IMG/VR virus record: IMGVR_UViG_3300032046_000013
Coordinates: 1 to 64,000 of that record
Length of the DNA: 64,000 nt
Reading direction: 5' to 3' (one strand)
Origin: a virus
Shown: positions 21,642 to 31,506 of the stretch, one piece after another
Layout: each line of letters starts with the position of its first letter
Position numbering within the stretch: the stretch's first letter is position 1
Made by a program: the position numbers and the translations under genes
Notes under the pieces: generated by a model
What the model saw: the letters and a program-made list of their open reading frames with translations, nothing else
What the model was told of the DNA's origin: nothing
Database searches by the model: none

Positions 21642-22138
21642 GTGCCGTCCGGCAAAATCCGATCCGCCTCGCCCATCATCGCTCGGATCGAGGGCAGGGG
21701 TTTGCCCGTCCGCTGTTCCACGGCCTGTCTGATAGCCGGGATGTCCGGGTTGTCGGCCTTGGGTTCCAGTTGCCCGGTTTCCGTAACTTCGCGCATCCGC
21801 ACCTCGAATTCCGGGTTAGTCTGCGTAATCTGGATACCCCGGAGATTGATCGTCCGGGAAACTGGCTCACTCGGAGTCTGGACTTCACGATTCGCCAGGA
21901 TCGTCCTCATTGCTTCGGGGTTCACGTAGGCCGCGAGCAGTTCGATCTTAGCCACCGCCTTTTTCGTTTCGTCCTCCTCGTCGATCATCAGGTTCTCATA
22001 GACCCACCGACGGCGAAGTTGGCCGACCAAACTCTCGGGATAACTGAATAGGCCCCGCCAGTCGGGGGTCAGGAAGTCGGGGAAGCGTCGGAAAATTCGC
22101 CAGACGCCCCTGGAGACGGCGGAGCCGCAGATTTTTTT
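21638..22138 (-). CDS. Tail assembly chaperone -1 frameshift extension (GT)
   Basis: From A AAA AAA (22138-22132) the -1 frame reads ICGSAVSRGVWRIFRRFPDFLTPDWRGLFSYPESLVGQ without a stop, into ORF 21638..22030. Confidence 0.75.
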
Positions 22139-22497
22139 ATCTGCTCCTCCAGGTCTTTCACGGCCTCGGCCTCAGCCTGAAGCAGGGCCTGGTAATGGCC
22201 AACGAAAATGTCCAGCACTCGGTCTTTCAACTGGCCGACGAACTTCAGCTTCTCGTCCTGGGATTCAAAGGTATAATTCCCAACCCGCGTGAGCGAATGG
22301 GCGACGGTCAGAATCCGTAGCCGAGATTCCCGGGCCAGGAGGTCCAGACCTGAGCATCTGACTCGAATCTGAGCCTCGGTCTCCGCATCGAGCGTCCGCA
22401 TCTCCACGGGCTGACCCAGGACCTGAAATTCGCGGGCGATCTTACCCACGAAGATTAGTTCGGTCAGCACCGAGTTCCATGCTTGTTCTTCAGCCAA
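22069..22497 (-). CDS. Tail assembly chaperone (G)
   Basis: 142-aa acidic protein right after the tube gene; contains a slippery site near its 3' end. Confidence 0.75.
   Translation of the reverse strand: MAEEQAWNSVLTELIFVGKIAREFQVLGQPVEMRTLDAETEAQIRVRCSGLDLLARESRLRILTVAHSLTRVGNYTFESQDEKLKFVGQLKDRVLDIFVGHYQALLQAEAEAVKDLEEQIKKSAAPPSPGASGEFSDASPTS
22132..22138 (-). other. Programmed -1 ribosomal frameshift heptamer A_AAA_AAA
   Basis: CAG ATA AAA AAA TCT followed by GC-rich sequence; classic G/GT layout. Confidence 0.75.
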
Positions 22498-22525
22498 TCA
22501 CTCACCCCCTTCTGGCAAATAGTTG

Positions 22526-23017
22526 TCACTCCACCCAACAAGGTTGTGTAATTGCAGTCTCGGAGACAGTAATTGTTCCAATATTTATGGGGCGGGTCCA
22601 ATTCGTCAGCCAGTTCGCCAGATAGTAAACCATCTGGGCCGAGTTAGCGTCCGCTGGATGGACTGACCGTTCCGTGATGTCGAACGGAATGTGCTGGCCG
22701 TTCAGACTGCGGAAATTCACCCGACCGCCGGTGATCCGGTGCACCAGAGACTGCCGTCGACCGCCCTGGGAATACAGGGCGAAGCCCGTGATGTTTAGCG
22801 TCGGATCGTCCGGGGCCGGGGCCTGCTCGATGATCCGGCCCGCGTCTTCTTTGTCCAGATGCCGAATCCGATCCGCCCGGCGCGTGTCCGTGAGCTGCAG
22901 GGACTGGATGAATCCGATGTTCGCCCCCATTTCGTCCCAAACGTCAACGGTGGTGGAAATTAACGCCCTGTTCGTTTGAGGAATCGAAACTCCGTCACCG
23001 CGTGTTACCAATGGCAT
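22526..23017 (-). CDS. Tail tube protein (163 aa)
   Basis: Directly after the sheath; IGFIQSLQ, PFDITE, YLANWLTNWTRPIN...TVSETA beta pattern. Confidence 0.8.
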   Translation of the reverse strand: MPLVTRGDGVSIPQTNRALISTTVDVWDEMGANIGFIQSLQLTDTRRADRIRHLDKEDAGRIIEQAPAPDDPTLNITGFALYSQGGRRQSLVHRITGGRVNFRSLNGQHIPFDITERSVHPADANSAQMVYYLANWLTNWTRPINIGTITVSETAITQPCWVE

Positions 23018-23032
23018 GATCTTCTCCTTTCA

Positions 23033-24772
23033 TCAGGCCGCTGCCGCGAGCAAATCGAAGCTGTAGCGAAATTCGATCTCGCGGATGGTATAGACTGGTG
23101 TGTAAGCGAAATACACAATCACCTTATCCGGGAACAATGGATCAACTGTCGCACTCACGGTCTGGGGATTGTAATTGGTGATCAGTCCCAACTTCAGGAA
23201 CCGCGCCAGGATATTCAGAGTCAATCGTTCGATCTGGGCACGGATCGACTCGATATTCTTCTGGCCCAAGAACTGCTGGAATGATTGGCGCAGGGATTGT
23301 CTCAGGAAATCCTCGACGAGTCCGATAGTGATGTCCTGATCTTCAAGACTTGCGAGGCTCGTGGTCAGGGCGTCCCGGACGATAAACACATTGGTCGAAC
23401 CCTCCTGGGGACAGATCACACAGATGCCCGAGGCTCCCATGAAGTCCCGCTGAGCATTGTCGATTTCCCGACCTCCGGGATTGCCCAACTTGGAAATCCC
23501 CTGCACTCGTTTGCGGGTCACCGAAGTCGCCCGATCTGGCTGGGACGCGATCAGCCCAGCCACAGCGGCGGCTCCGAAACATCCATCCAGTTCTTCCTCG
23601 GCCACCACCCCGTCATCCCCCTGGGTGTAAGCATAGGGCCAAGGCGCAACATAAATCGCCCGGTTGTCATCCAGTTGCCGGGCCTCGTAGATCATCGTGC
23701 CCGAGGTGCTGGCATCTCCGATCATCGCACCCTTGGCTGGTCCGCCGACAACCCGCCGTTCCTTGTTATGGTTCGGGTCCGAGGCCAATCTACAATGCGC
23801 CAAGGCCGCAATCAGCACATCGAGATCATCAGTCAGGGGCACCAATAATTCCAGGTCTTTGTTCGCCAGTAGATCGAATGCGGTCTCGAACGTGCCCAAT
23901 GTCTCGTCCGGGATGGCCATGACCCAGCAATACTGGGCCTCGTTGCCCCGGCCCGAAGTCCCCATTGCGAGTGTCGCGGCCTTGGCGATCTTCGATCCCA
24001 AGCCGTAGTCGCTGATGATGTCGCTTATCCGAGTGTAAAGCACGGGCGTGAAATACGCATAGGCTTTGCGCACGTAGTCCACGTAATACGTGGCTTCGGT
24101 CGGAGGACGCTTATACGCGGTGTTCGCCACGGGGAAGGTTTCGGCACTCGGGGTATCTCCCTCATCCGTGTAGGTGTTGGTGAACTCCCCGACCACGGTG
24201 GCGATCAGGCAGTTATCGTAAGGTCCGCCAGCGGCCAGTGCTCGCCACACTCGGTAAGCGTAGGCCCCGGGCACCGGATTCCATACGAGCGTGACCTTCG
24301 AGGTCGAACCCGTGGTCAGCACATGCACTTCGTTGCTCTCCAGGGTCTCGCCCAATACCGGAGTCCCGCCGCCCAGATCGGTCACCCGTTGAGCCGTAAC
24401 CACGTAGTAGTAGTCGTCTTCCGCGAGAGTCCCGCCCGTGGCCACGGCAGTCCCGCTCATTATGTAGGGTGCGGGAATGACCGTGGCGTTCCAGACGATG
24501 CTCGTCGGGTCCTCAAAAGTGTAATCGATGTTTTGCAACCAGACCATGCCCCCGACTTCCTCGGATCGGATTTCGCTTATGCCCAGGATTTCCAGGGCTT
24601 CGGTCAGTGCATCGGGATACCCGGCTTCACCCCGGGTCACTTCCGAGGCCCGAACCGCTTCCTGACGGCCCAGGGACGTGCCGACAATAGCCAGACGGAC
24701 GGCCAGACCAGCGGAAACCGCCGTGATTTGTCCCTGCTGACGAATCGTTCTTACCTGCGGTGCACGATACAT
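23033..24772 (-). CDS. Contractile tail sheath protein (579 aa)
   Basis: MYRAPQVRT, AIVG, HC..AS....KER, AAAVAG, TRKRVQG, VRDALTT, YTPVYTIREI. Confidence 0.9.
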   Translation of the reverse strand: MYRAPQVRTIRQQGQITAVSAGLAVRLAIVGTSLGRQEAVRASEVTRGEAGYPDALTEALEILGISEIRSEEVGGMVWLQNIDYTFEDPTSIVWNATVIPAPYIMSGTAVATGGTLAEDDYYYVVTAQRVTDLGGGTPVLGETLESNEVHVLTTGSTSKVTLVWNPVPGAYAYRVWRALAAGGPYDNCLIATVVGEFTNTYTDEGDTPSAETFPVANTAYKRPPTEATYYVDYVRKAYAYFTPVLYTRISDIISDYGLGSKIAKAATLAMGTSGRGNEAQYCWVMAIPDETLGTFETAFDLLANKDLELLVPLTDDLDVLIAALAHCRLASDPNHNKERRVVGGPAKGAMIGDASTSGTMIYEARQLDDNRAIYVAPWPYAYTQGDDGVVAEEELDGCFGAAAVAGLIASQPDRATSVTRKRVQGISKLGNPGGREIDNAQRDFMGASGICVICPQEGSTNVFIVRDALTTSLASLEDQDITIGLVEDFLRQSLRQSFQQFLGQKNIESIRAQIERLTLNILARFLKLGLITNYNPQTVSATVDPLFPDKVIVYFAYTPVYTIREIEFRYSFDLLAAAA

Positions 24773-24790
24773 GTGATCCTCCTTCTCGAC

Positions 24791-25468
24791 TCACTGAATC
24801 GGTTCAATCCTGACTCTCGAAATGTCGGCGTTGATCTGAGAAATGTCCACGCCGTTAAAATAGAAATCATCGAACCATTCGCTCTCGACGGAAAAACCTA
24901 GTGTCCGCACATGCACGGCCTGGCCCAGTTTCTCCGGTTGTTCCACCGTCGGGGGTCCAGATTGACCAGAATTCGCTACCCACACGAATCCCTCTTTCAT
25001 CAAAGACCAGCCCAGAGGTCCGACCATCCCATACATCAGGAGATCATGCAGAATGTCCCGGTCGGGCGTGGTGAAGGCCCCGACTTTCAGGGTAGTCGAG
25101 AGCTTGAATCTCCCACCCAACCGCTCTCCGATCAGTCTTTCCGTCCCATCCTTCTGAAGGAAGCTCAGGGTTCCCATCTTCTTGGCCAGGAATAAATCCT
25201 GGAGATTCACCGTCGTGCCGGAGATTATGACCGCTGGATAGTATTGCCGTTCGGTTCCCCATTCTTCCGCGATGTGGACTTTGTTCCAGAAATTCGCAGT
25301 TCGGGGATTCGTGTCGAAAAAAGCTCGCAACTGCGCTTGTAAGGTTTTAGTCCAGGTCTCAATAAACCCCAGGTAGAATGACAATAGTTGCTGGGATTCC
25401 GCGCCTTCCGGGGACTGCACCGGATAGGCGTAAGTTCCTTTATCCACCGTGTCTTTAGGTGCAAACAT
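24791..25468 (-). CDS. Tail terminator/completion-like protein
   Basis: YYPAVIIS, TTPDRDILHDL; immediately upstream of the sheath. Confidence 0.55.
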   Translation of the reverse strand: MFAPKDTVDKGTYAYPVQSPEGAESQQLLSFYLGFIETWTKTLQAQLRAFFDTNPRTANFWNKVHIAEEWGTERQYYPAVIISGTTVNLQDLFLAKKMGTLSFLQKDGTERLIGERLGGRFKLSTTLKVGAFTTPDRDILHDLLMYGMVGPLGWSLMKEGFVWVANSGQSGPPTVEQPEKLGQAVHVRTLGFSVESEWFDDFYFNGVDISQINADISRVRIEPIQ

Positions 25469-25470
25469 AA

Positions 25471-26253
25471 TTACCCCATGAGCACCCGTTCGCGTTTCCA
25501 GGGCACGATCCGCGCTCCCGAAAAATAAATATCCACCAATGAATAGGGCGAGATTTCAGACCAAGGAATTGAATATGCGCCCGCCATGTCGGTTTCCGTC
25601 GAATACAGCAGACTCGAAGTTCCTGCCCGATAAACCTGAATCTGAACTCCGGGTATTGCGTTTCCCCGGTCATCCCGCACCACATCGTAGAAAACGAAAT
25701 CCGCCTTACTCAGAACTTCCGTGATCTGTTGGTAATCGAAAATCGTGTAGTTCGCGTCCAGGCCCGAGACCTTGAACGTGTATTGGCGATCCAGCGAGAC
25801 CCCGATACTGACCGTCCCATTGGAGTTCACGATTATCGTCTGAAACTCCTCATCGAAGTATTCGATCAGAGCCTGTCCGCCAGCAGGCAGACCCTGAATG
25901 TCAAACAACAGAGTCGTCCTGGACGCCGAACGGTGCAAATCCGTGAGTTCAAGTGATCCATCTGGGTCCGTGATGAGTCGGGGAATGATCGCCGAAGGCG
26001 CGGATGTCTCTCCTCCAAGTTCGGCCACGGCGAATATCAGAACTGGGCGGAGATCGAATTGACCTGCGGGAATTCCCGACAGATTGAGATTAACTACGCC
26101 TGGGCCGACGCAGCTCCCGACCTCAACCACGGAAATCGAACTGGCTAGGGGATTGAATCCGCGAACTCGCGCCGTCGCTGTCGGATCAACCGAGCCGACA
26201 GTGACTGTCGCGGCCAGACCGGAACGAATATAATTGGTCAGGGTTGGATTCAT
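25471..26253 (-). CDS. Virion protein with Ig-like/carboxypeptidase-regulatory-like domains
   Basis: Beta-rich; VRDDRGNAIPGVQIQVY...TETDMAGAYSI. Real start MNPTL at 26253; the track N-terminus is IS end sequence. Confidence 0.55.
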   Translation of the reverse strand: MNPTLTNYIRSGLAATVTVGSVDPTATARVRGFNPLASSISVVEVGSCVGPGVVNLNLSGIPAGQFDLRPVLIFAVAELGGETSAPSAIIPRLITDPDGSLELTDLHRSASRTTLLFDIQGLPAGGQALIEYFDEEFQTIIVNSNGTVSIGVSLDRQYTFKVSGLDANYTIFDYQQITEVLSKADFVFYDVVRDDRGNAIPGVQIQVYRAGTSSLLYSTETDMAGAYSIPWSEISPYSLVDIYFSGARIVPWKRERVLMG

Positions 26254-27538
26254 AAATAACTTGGCCCGGAAACCCGCTCCGTTTACGGGGCGGGAGGAAG
26301 GGCCACTCCTTTCCAGGTTCGCCAACTATTGTAAGTTCGGAACCTGCAATCAGTCGGTTTTGCACTTTGGGTTAATCTCTGACCATCCACAATCCGATGC
26401 AGACTGATGCGTTGGCCCATCGTCCCGCCTACATATACAGTTCCGTATCGAGGATGCTCGATCAGGGAGCCACGCTTGAATCCCAAACTCCGGGTTCCGC
26501 CGTAGAGTTTTCTAATCCCGCCCTGGGCTGGTTGGAGCACATGAAGTTGCCGCCGGTGGAATCTCAGCGGAGCCATGCACAGAAGTTCCGTGTTGTCCGG
26601 TTTTATATGTCCGCCTGTCCAAGAGTTGGCGAGCACCCAGGAGTCAACGCAGTGGGCGGAGAACACTTCATCCAACTTTCCACCCGTCTTTTTCAGCCCA
26701 GCTTCGTCTCGTAATTCTCTCGTGTCGTAGCCCTGTTTTTTGTCCACCGGAGCCAGCTTGCTCAGTTCGGTATAGAACCAGGCTTTGCCGACTTCCAACG
26801 GCGAAAATGAGACATCCCACTTCCGTTTGCCTTTCGTCCGGGCCTTAATGTCCTCGACTACGAAGTGAGAGACCGGGAACAATTTCGACAATCCCTGCGC
26901 GATGCGAAGTTTAGCCTGCCACCGAGCGCGAGTCGAAGGTGGTAATGATCCTTTCGTCCGGTTAAATCGCGGTTGACGACAAGGCGTGTTCCGATTCCGC
27001 CGTGTCCTTCGTATCTCCCGCCGAGTTCTTACCGCACCCTTCACCCAGTCGACGGCCTGGGTCTGGATATTCAGATATGTATGTGCTTCCGACTTCACCG
27101 TGAACCCCTCGCGCTTGCTCCCCGGATCAATCCCCACGGCAACTTCCTGGACTTCCCGGCCTGACGGCTCGACATTCAGCCGAACACAAAACACTCCTTT
27201 GCTGAAAAACGGTGTGGCTTTTCCGTCCTTGATCCACCGTCTAGCCCTTGACGGAGTGGTGGGCATCAAAGGCTTCTGCTGGCTATCCACTACTGGAACG
27301 AACATGATAAGTCTCCCTTCGGAGTTTCTACGGCCCTTCGCGGCTGACGGTCGAAGAGGTTGCAAACTAGGGCGGCATTCGCAACGTCCTGCGGGCTACC
27401 ACGCCCAAAACCGTTCAGTTGGCTTCAATCGACTGTTTCCAATCTTGCCCACGCTAGTCTCCCGTTTGCTCTTTTGGCTTTCAAGTTGGTAGCCCTACTC
27501 GCCAAAAGCCCCTTCCCTTTAGGGGAGGGGTGGTTTAC
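26254..27538 (-). mobile_element. IS200/IS605-family isrB element 1
   Basis: 5' end GTAAACCACCCCTCCCTAAAGGGAAGGGGC hairpin; 3' hairpin CCCGCCCCGTAAACGGAGCGGG; isrB ORF; no tnpA. Confidence 0.85.
26283..27305 (-). CDS. isrB: IsrB RNA-guided nickase (HNH-less IscB relative, 340 aa)
   Basis: PLMP motif, RuvC-I GIDPGSK, Arg-rich bridge helix RREIRRTRRNR, RuvC-II VVEDI, RuvC-III AHCVDS; no HNH. Confidence 0.88.
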   Translation of the reverse strand: MFVPVVDSQQKPLMPTTPSRARRWIKDGKATPFFSKGVFCVRLNVEPSGREVQEVAVGIDPGSKREGFTVKSEAHTYLNIQTQAVDWVKGAVRTRREIRRTRRNRNTPCRQPRFNRTKGSLPPSTRARWQAKLRIAQGLSKLFPVSHFVVEDIKARTKGKRKWDVSFSPLEVGKAWFYTELSKLAPVDKKQGYDTRELRDEAGLKKTGGKLDEVFSAHCVDSWVLANSWTGGHIKPDNTELLCMAPLRFHRRQLHVLQPAQGGIRKLYGGTRSLGFKRGSLIEHPRYGTVYVGGTMGQRISLHRIVDGQRLTQSAKPTDCRFRTYNSWRTWKGVALPPAP

Positions 27539-27558
27539 TTATAATGTCCCTCTATACC
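27306..27558 (-). ncRNA. omegaRNA of isrB element 1 (5' guide from flank ~27558-27539)
   Basis: About 230 nt non-coding region between the left end and the PLMP start; established IscB/IsrB layout. Confidence 0.75.
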
Positions 27559-27855
27559 CCAGACTACCAGACCACCGAGAAGTGTCGCTAGGGTCAATAG
27601 GATCGGCACCACAATCCATAAACTGCGTCGGGTTTCCCGGAAAGTCGGACACGGCGGATCGTGATGGATGTTTTCTTGCGCAATGTGCGCATGTAACCGC
27701 TCCTCGACCCGGATTACCGCATTATTGCTATCGATCATTGCCTGATGGGATGATTCCAATTTTGCATCAAACTGATCCATCCGATTGGATTGGCGTTGCT
27801 CCACCTGGTCGAGTTTGGCTTCCAACCGCGTAGCCAGTTCTTCGAGTTTGGTCAC
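27535..27855 (-). CDS. Coiled-coil protein with one C-terminal TM helix (holin/XhlA-like)
   Basis: Heptad N-terminus plus LWIVVPILLTLATLLGGLVVW; GTG start overlaps the upstream stop. Confidence 0.55.
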   Translation of the reverse strand: MTKLEELATRLEAKLDQVEQRQSNRMDQFDAKLESSHQAMIDSNNAVIRVEERLHAHIAQENIHHDPPCPTFRETRRSLWIVVPILLTLATLLGGLVVWGIEGHYK

Positions 27856-28277
27856 GGCCTTCCTTTCAAAACGGGCTTCTGTCGGGACCTCAACCAATCC
27901 AGGGTCTCCTGCAATTTCGGTCTGACGTTCTCCGGTTTCCAACTGAGAACCCGAATTTCAACTTTATCCTCGGCGTCACACAGATGATCCGCCACTACCT
28001 GATGTTCCATGATTACCGCACATGCGGGTCTCGTTAATCTTTCTCTGAGACTTTGGTATTTTCCCAGATTCTGAATCTTCTGCGTGATCGGACACCTGGG
28101 ACATTTTACACCCGCAATCCGGGTTTCCCGGTATTGGACACAAAGAGCACAACCATATCCATACCACGACTGGGCCAAACATTGCTCGGTAGCGCGAATC
28201 TGAACCAGCAGTTCCTCGTCTGGGGATAACTTGGGGGGGGTCTGCCGGGAATTTAGCAATGATAAATAATCTTCCAT
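27852..28277 (-). CDS. Cys-rich hypothetical protein (141 aa)
   Basis: CALC, CPRCP, HLC; real start MEDYL at 28277. Confidence 0.55.
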   Translation of the reverse strand: MEDYLSLLNSRQTPPKLSPDEELLVQIRATEQCLAQSWYGYGCALCVQYRETRIAGVKCPRCPITQKIQNLGKYQSLRERLTRPACAVIMEHQVVADHLCDAEDKVEIRVLSWKPENVRPKLQETLDWLRSRQKPVLKGRP

Positions 28278-29589
28278 AGAAAAATCGGCGAGGGAACCCG
28301 CTCCATTCACGGGGCGGGAGGAATCGCCGCCTCCTTTCCGAGTCTTGTGATCCAATGTCCGCAGGCCCAAGCCAACTTCCGGGTTGACTGCCTGCGGCCC
28401 CGTTGATCGTAGTAGCGGTAGCCACCGCGATATTCGCCGCACAACCGACCCTGATTCCCGTCCGGGCGGCCTACCAGCAGTCCTTTCCGCAGTCCGAACA
28501 CCGTGCCCTGGGAATATCGGGCGCGGATTCCCCCTGGGGCTGGCTGGGTATCATGCAACTGCCGCCGCACTGGACGATACGTGTCGTCCACCACGATCAT
28601 TCTTCCTGGCTCAATCCGCGAACCTTCGCCCGCTTCACAAGCTAAGGCCAGAGCATCCGAGCAATGAGCCTCGAACCGATCCGCATGTTTGTCCGCAATC
28701 TTCCGATAGCCGTATTGGAGCCGCAAGTCCTTCGTATCATAGCCCGCAAATTCATGCAGTTCAGCATGGGCCTCTATAAATTCCCGGATACGAGCCTTTC
28801 CGATCTCGACCGTGGAGAAGTTCGCACCCCACCGTTTATGCGCATGGTCAAACCGCACGTCCTCTAATCCCACGGACTGAATCGGATAGCAGGAAAAAAA
28901 CTTACGCAACATCTTCAACCGGGAGCCGACAATCATCGCCTGGGACGGGGCCAAAAATCCTGCGCGACTTCGGTTGTCGAACCGCTGGGGCCGTCTCCGA
29001 CAATTACGGAACCTCCGCGCTCTTCGCAAATGCCGCCGTGCTTCCAACTTCTTCACCAATAACTTCTTGCTCGGCAAGTCCAACTTCACGGCCAAGTTGT
29101 TTTCCGTCCCGCACACCACGGCATAGCCCTCGAACTTCGTTCCGTGGTCCACCCCCAGCGTTGTTACCAGAGTCTCGTGTCGCGTCTCGACCAACATCTG
29201 AATCCCCATCTCGTTGAACCTGCTCCACACGGGTTTCGCTACTCTGGCTCGCATCAGTTTCCTCGCCTTGGCAGGCGTCATGGGAGTCAATGGATGACCA
29301 CCCTTGCTCACAACCCACACCGAATGGTTGGCCAGTTTAACGCCGACATGCGGCCCGCGCTGGCCTCGCGGTAATCTCTCCTCGGGGTTGCGATCTGGGC
29401 TTAGCGAGCGATCTCGCATGGCATTCAGCGGTTCTGCCGAAGCGGGCACAACTGGAGAAGCATTGTGCCGTTCTTGAAGTAGTCCTGATCGCGTCTGCTG
29501 ACTCCTCATCGTTTTCTCAGCCCCCTAGTCAACCCTTGCGTTGCAACCGCCGTCACAAGCCCGCTCCCTTCAGGGGGCGGGTGGTTGAC
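28278..29589 (-). mobile_element. IS200/IS605-family isrB element 2
   Basis: 5' end GTCAACCACCCGCCCCCTGAAGGGAGCGGGC; 3' hairpin CCCGCCCCGTGAATGGAGCGGG nearly identical to element 1. Confidence 0.85.
28307..29320 (-). CDS. isrB: IsrB RNA-guided nickase, divergent clade (start uncertain, GTG ~29320)
   Basis: PLTP, GVDHGTK, RRHLRRARRFR, GLEDVRF, AHCSDAL, RRQLH; no HNH. The first ~60 aa of the track ORF lie in the omegaRNA region. Confidence 0.82.
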   Translation of the reverse strand: MWVVSKGGHPLTPMTPAKARKLMRARVAKPVWSRFNEMGIQMLVETRHETLVTTLGVDHGTKFEGYAVVCGTENNLAVKLDLPSKKLLVKKLEARRHLRRARRFRNCRRRPQRFDNRSRAGFLAPSQAMIVGSRLKMLRKFFSCYPIQSVGLEDVRFDHAHKRWGANFSTVEIGKARIREFIEAHAELHEFAGYDTKDLRLQYGYRKIADKHADRFEAHCSDALALACEAGEGSRIEPGRMIVVDDTYRPVRRQLHDTQPAPGGIRARYSQGTVFGLRKGLLVGRPDGNQGRLCGEYRGGYRYYDQRGRRQSTRKLAWACGHWITRLGKEAAIPPAP

Positions 29590-29609
29590 GTTGCTCCTAC
29601 GTAGTATCA
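29330..29609 (-). ncRNA. omegaRNA of isrB element 2 (guide from flank ~29609-29590)
   Basis: Region between the left end and the PLTP motif; GTTGACTAG complementary to the 5' GTCAAC. Confidence 0.7.
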
Positions 29610-31054
29610 GAATAACCCCAGCCGATAACATTGACCGTAATTCCCAATATGCCAGCAACGGTAGCCCACCATTCGATCCAATGATTATCCATCAACACGG
29701 GAATTATCATCGGGTTTTCGTTGTAGTATAGAACCGAACGAACGGTGGCACCTTTGGCGTCCCCGGGTTTGCGAAATTCCACATTGGAAGTTCCGTCATA
29801 AGGGTTCCCGCTGAGCATGACTTCCAGGAAAGCCACAGTCGTTCCCTGGGGCGCAACGGCGGATAAATCCAGGATTTGCCAACCTTCCGAAGATTCAGTT
29901 AAGGCCGCATCCAACACCGTGAGAGCAATCACGGACTCAGAGAAATCTGGCGGAGGCATTGGCAAGTCGCTTTGATTATGGACCAGATCGGAATACGATG
30001 GATAGCGAACATCAAAAGTATCGTCTGGCAGTAACCCATCTGCTTCAGGAGTGCCCATCACGGTAATTTCTTTGGTATCCTCATTATTGCCCGTGATAGT
30101 ATATTGATGACCACGAATGATACCGGAGGTGACAACTACTATCAGATTCTTTAACGAATCGTCTGGATAGCCAGTCACGCTGTAAATGTGGGTGCTTGAC
30201 ACATTAGTAACCGTGTCCTGCGCATAAACGCCTTCGTGCTGTAATACGAAACAATTCGGATTTACAGTGCCATGGTAAATCTCAACACAAGTTAATGTAT
30301 CGAGGCTAAGAATCGGAGTTGAGAAATCCATGTTGACCAATATCGGGTTTATCAGATTAAGAACCATGCCTGATTCGACCAGCAATCCATTGGTGCATTC
30401 GATTGCTCGATGGTTCGTGTCGACATTGAGAATCATGGGCAAAACCAGACTCAATATCGGTTTAATGTTCGCTTTTTTACTGATCGCCACCGCCGCGCCA
30501 GTATTACCCAAGCCGAATATGCTTTCGAGGGCATAGATAGTCCCTCCTGAACACAGAAGGGAATTAACGCAGGTGCCACTCATGATTCCCGAAGCCACCA
30601 CCCGATGAATCAGAATCTGTGCTCCAGACCGGACTTCGATCAGGGCTGGTTTATTAACCGTATTGCCGGTCACCATATTTAATAGCGTAAAATATTTGCC
30701 TGAACCTGGATCGATGGTAATAAGATTTACCCCGGTATTGGATGTGCCTACCAGATATGCACCATCTTCAAATTTGAGAATCGCATGATCGTGTGCGGCG
30801 GTGATCGATAGGTCCTCGGCGTATTTACCAGGACAGACCAGAACCTGGGGCCATTTACCCGAGGCTCGCAAAATGGCTGTGCGGGCCAGACCCTGGGTGA
30901 TCGTCGGATAATGGTTAAGTTCGTCATCGGCCTCGAATGTCGGAGAGACCTCGATGAACGCATCGGAAGGACAACCCCCTGGACCAGGAACTCCCCTGGG
31001 ACCCCGAGGCCCTTCGGGACCCGAAGTCAGTTCTGGAATGTTGATAACCGGCAT
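29597..31054 (-). CDS. Tail fibre/spike-like protein with short collagen segment and beta-helix-like region
   Basis: GPEGPRGPRGVPGPGG; YPTITQGL...VLVCPGKYAEDLSI; start at 31054 by TGATG overlap. Confidence 0.6.
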   Translation of the reverse strand: MPVINIPELTSGPEGPRGPRGVPGPGGCPSDAFIEVSPTFEADDELNHYPTITQGLARTAILRASGKWPQVLVCPGKYAEDLSITAAHDHAILKFEDGAYLVGTSNTGVNLITIDPGSGKYFTLLNMVTGNTVNKPALIEVRSGAQILIHRVVASGIMSGTCVNSLLCSGGTIYALESIFGLGNTGAAVAISKKANIKPILSLVLPMILNVDTNHRAIECTNGLLVESGMVLNLINPILVNMDFSTPILSLDTLTCVEIYHGTVNPNCFVLQHEGVYAQDTVTNVSSTHIYSVTGYPDDSLKNLIVVVTSGIIRGHQYTITGNNEDTKEITVMGTPEADGLLPDDTFDVRYPSYSDLVHNQSDLPMPPPDFSESVIALTVLDAALTESSEGWQILDLSAVAPQGTTVAFLEVMLSGNPYDGTSNVEFRKPGDAKGATVRSVLYYNENPMIIPVLMDNHWIEWWATVAGILGITVNVIGWGYSDTT

Positions 31055-31377
31055 CACATATTCCTGCCCATGACCTGAATCGAGAAATTGGATGGTGTAA
31101 CGGCCACGACCCGCATCCGCCATTTCTGAAGTGCGTAGGAAACGAAGAGGATCGTCGGTTCGGCCTGGCCCGTCACGGCCTGATTAAACGCATCCGTCCG
31201 CCATTGGTCATCCAGCCACAGATCGAAATAGATGTCGAGATCAACATCGGTCACGACGAATATCGAAAAGGGCAGAAGCACTCCCTCGGACATCAGGATC
31301 GGATTGGACGTATAGGTTCCAGCATCCCTCGCGGCCAAGGGAAAAATCGGTCCACCGTCCATAAAAATCTCAGGCAA
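31054..31377 (-). CDS. Small beta-rich virion protein
   Basis: Strong GGAGGAGG RBS before TTG 31377 (alternative ATG 31362); coupled to the next gene. Confidence 0.5.
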   Translation of the reverse strand: MPEIFMDGGPIFPLAARDAGTYTSNPILMSEGVLLPFSIFVVTDVDLDIYFDLWLDDQWRTDAFNQAVTGQAEPTILFVSYALQKWRMRVVAVTPSNFSIQVMGRNM

Positions 31378-31506
31378 GGTTTTATCCTCCTCCTCCACAA
31401 AGCGACTCAGGGACCTTAGACTCCTGAGAGTTTCCGAGAGTCCGAGCGAGCACATTCAATTTGCTTTCGGTAGCAAATTCTAGGGATATTTTTGCTGAAC
31501 GAATCA

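Noticed and set aside
26283-29509. IscB or Cas9 call for the two RRxRR proteins
   Set aside because: There is no HNH or CxxC insert between RuvC-II and RuvC-III, and ~340 aa fits IsrB.
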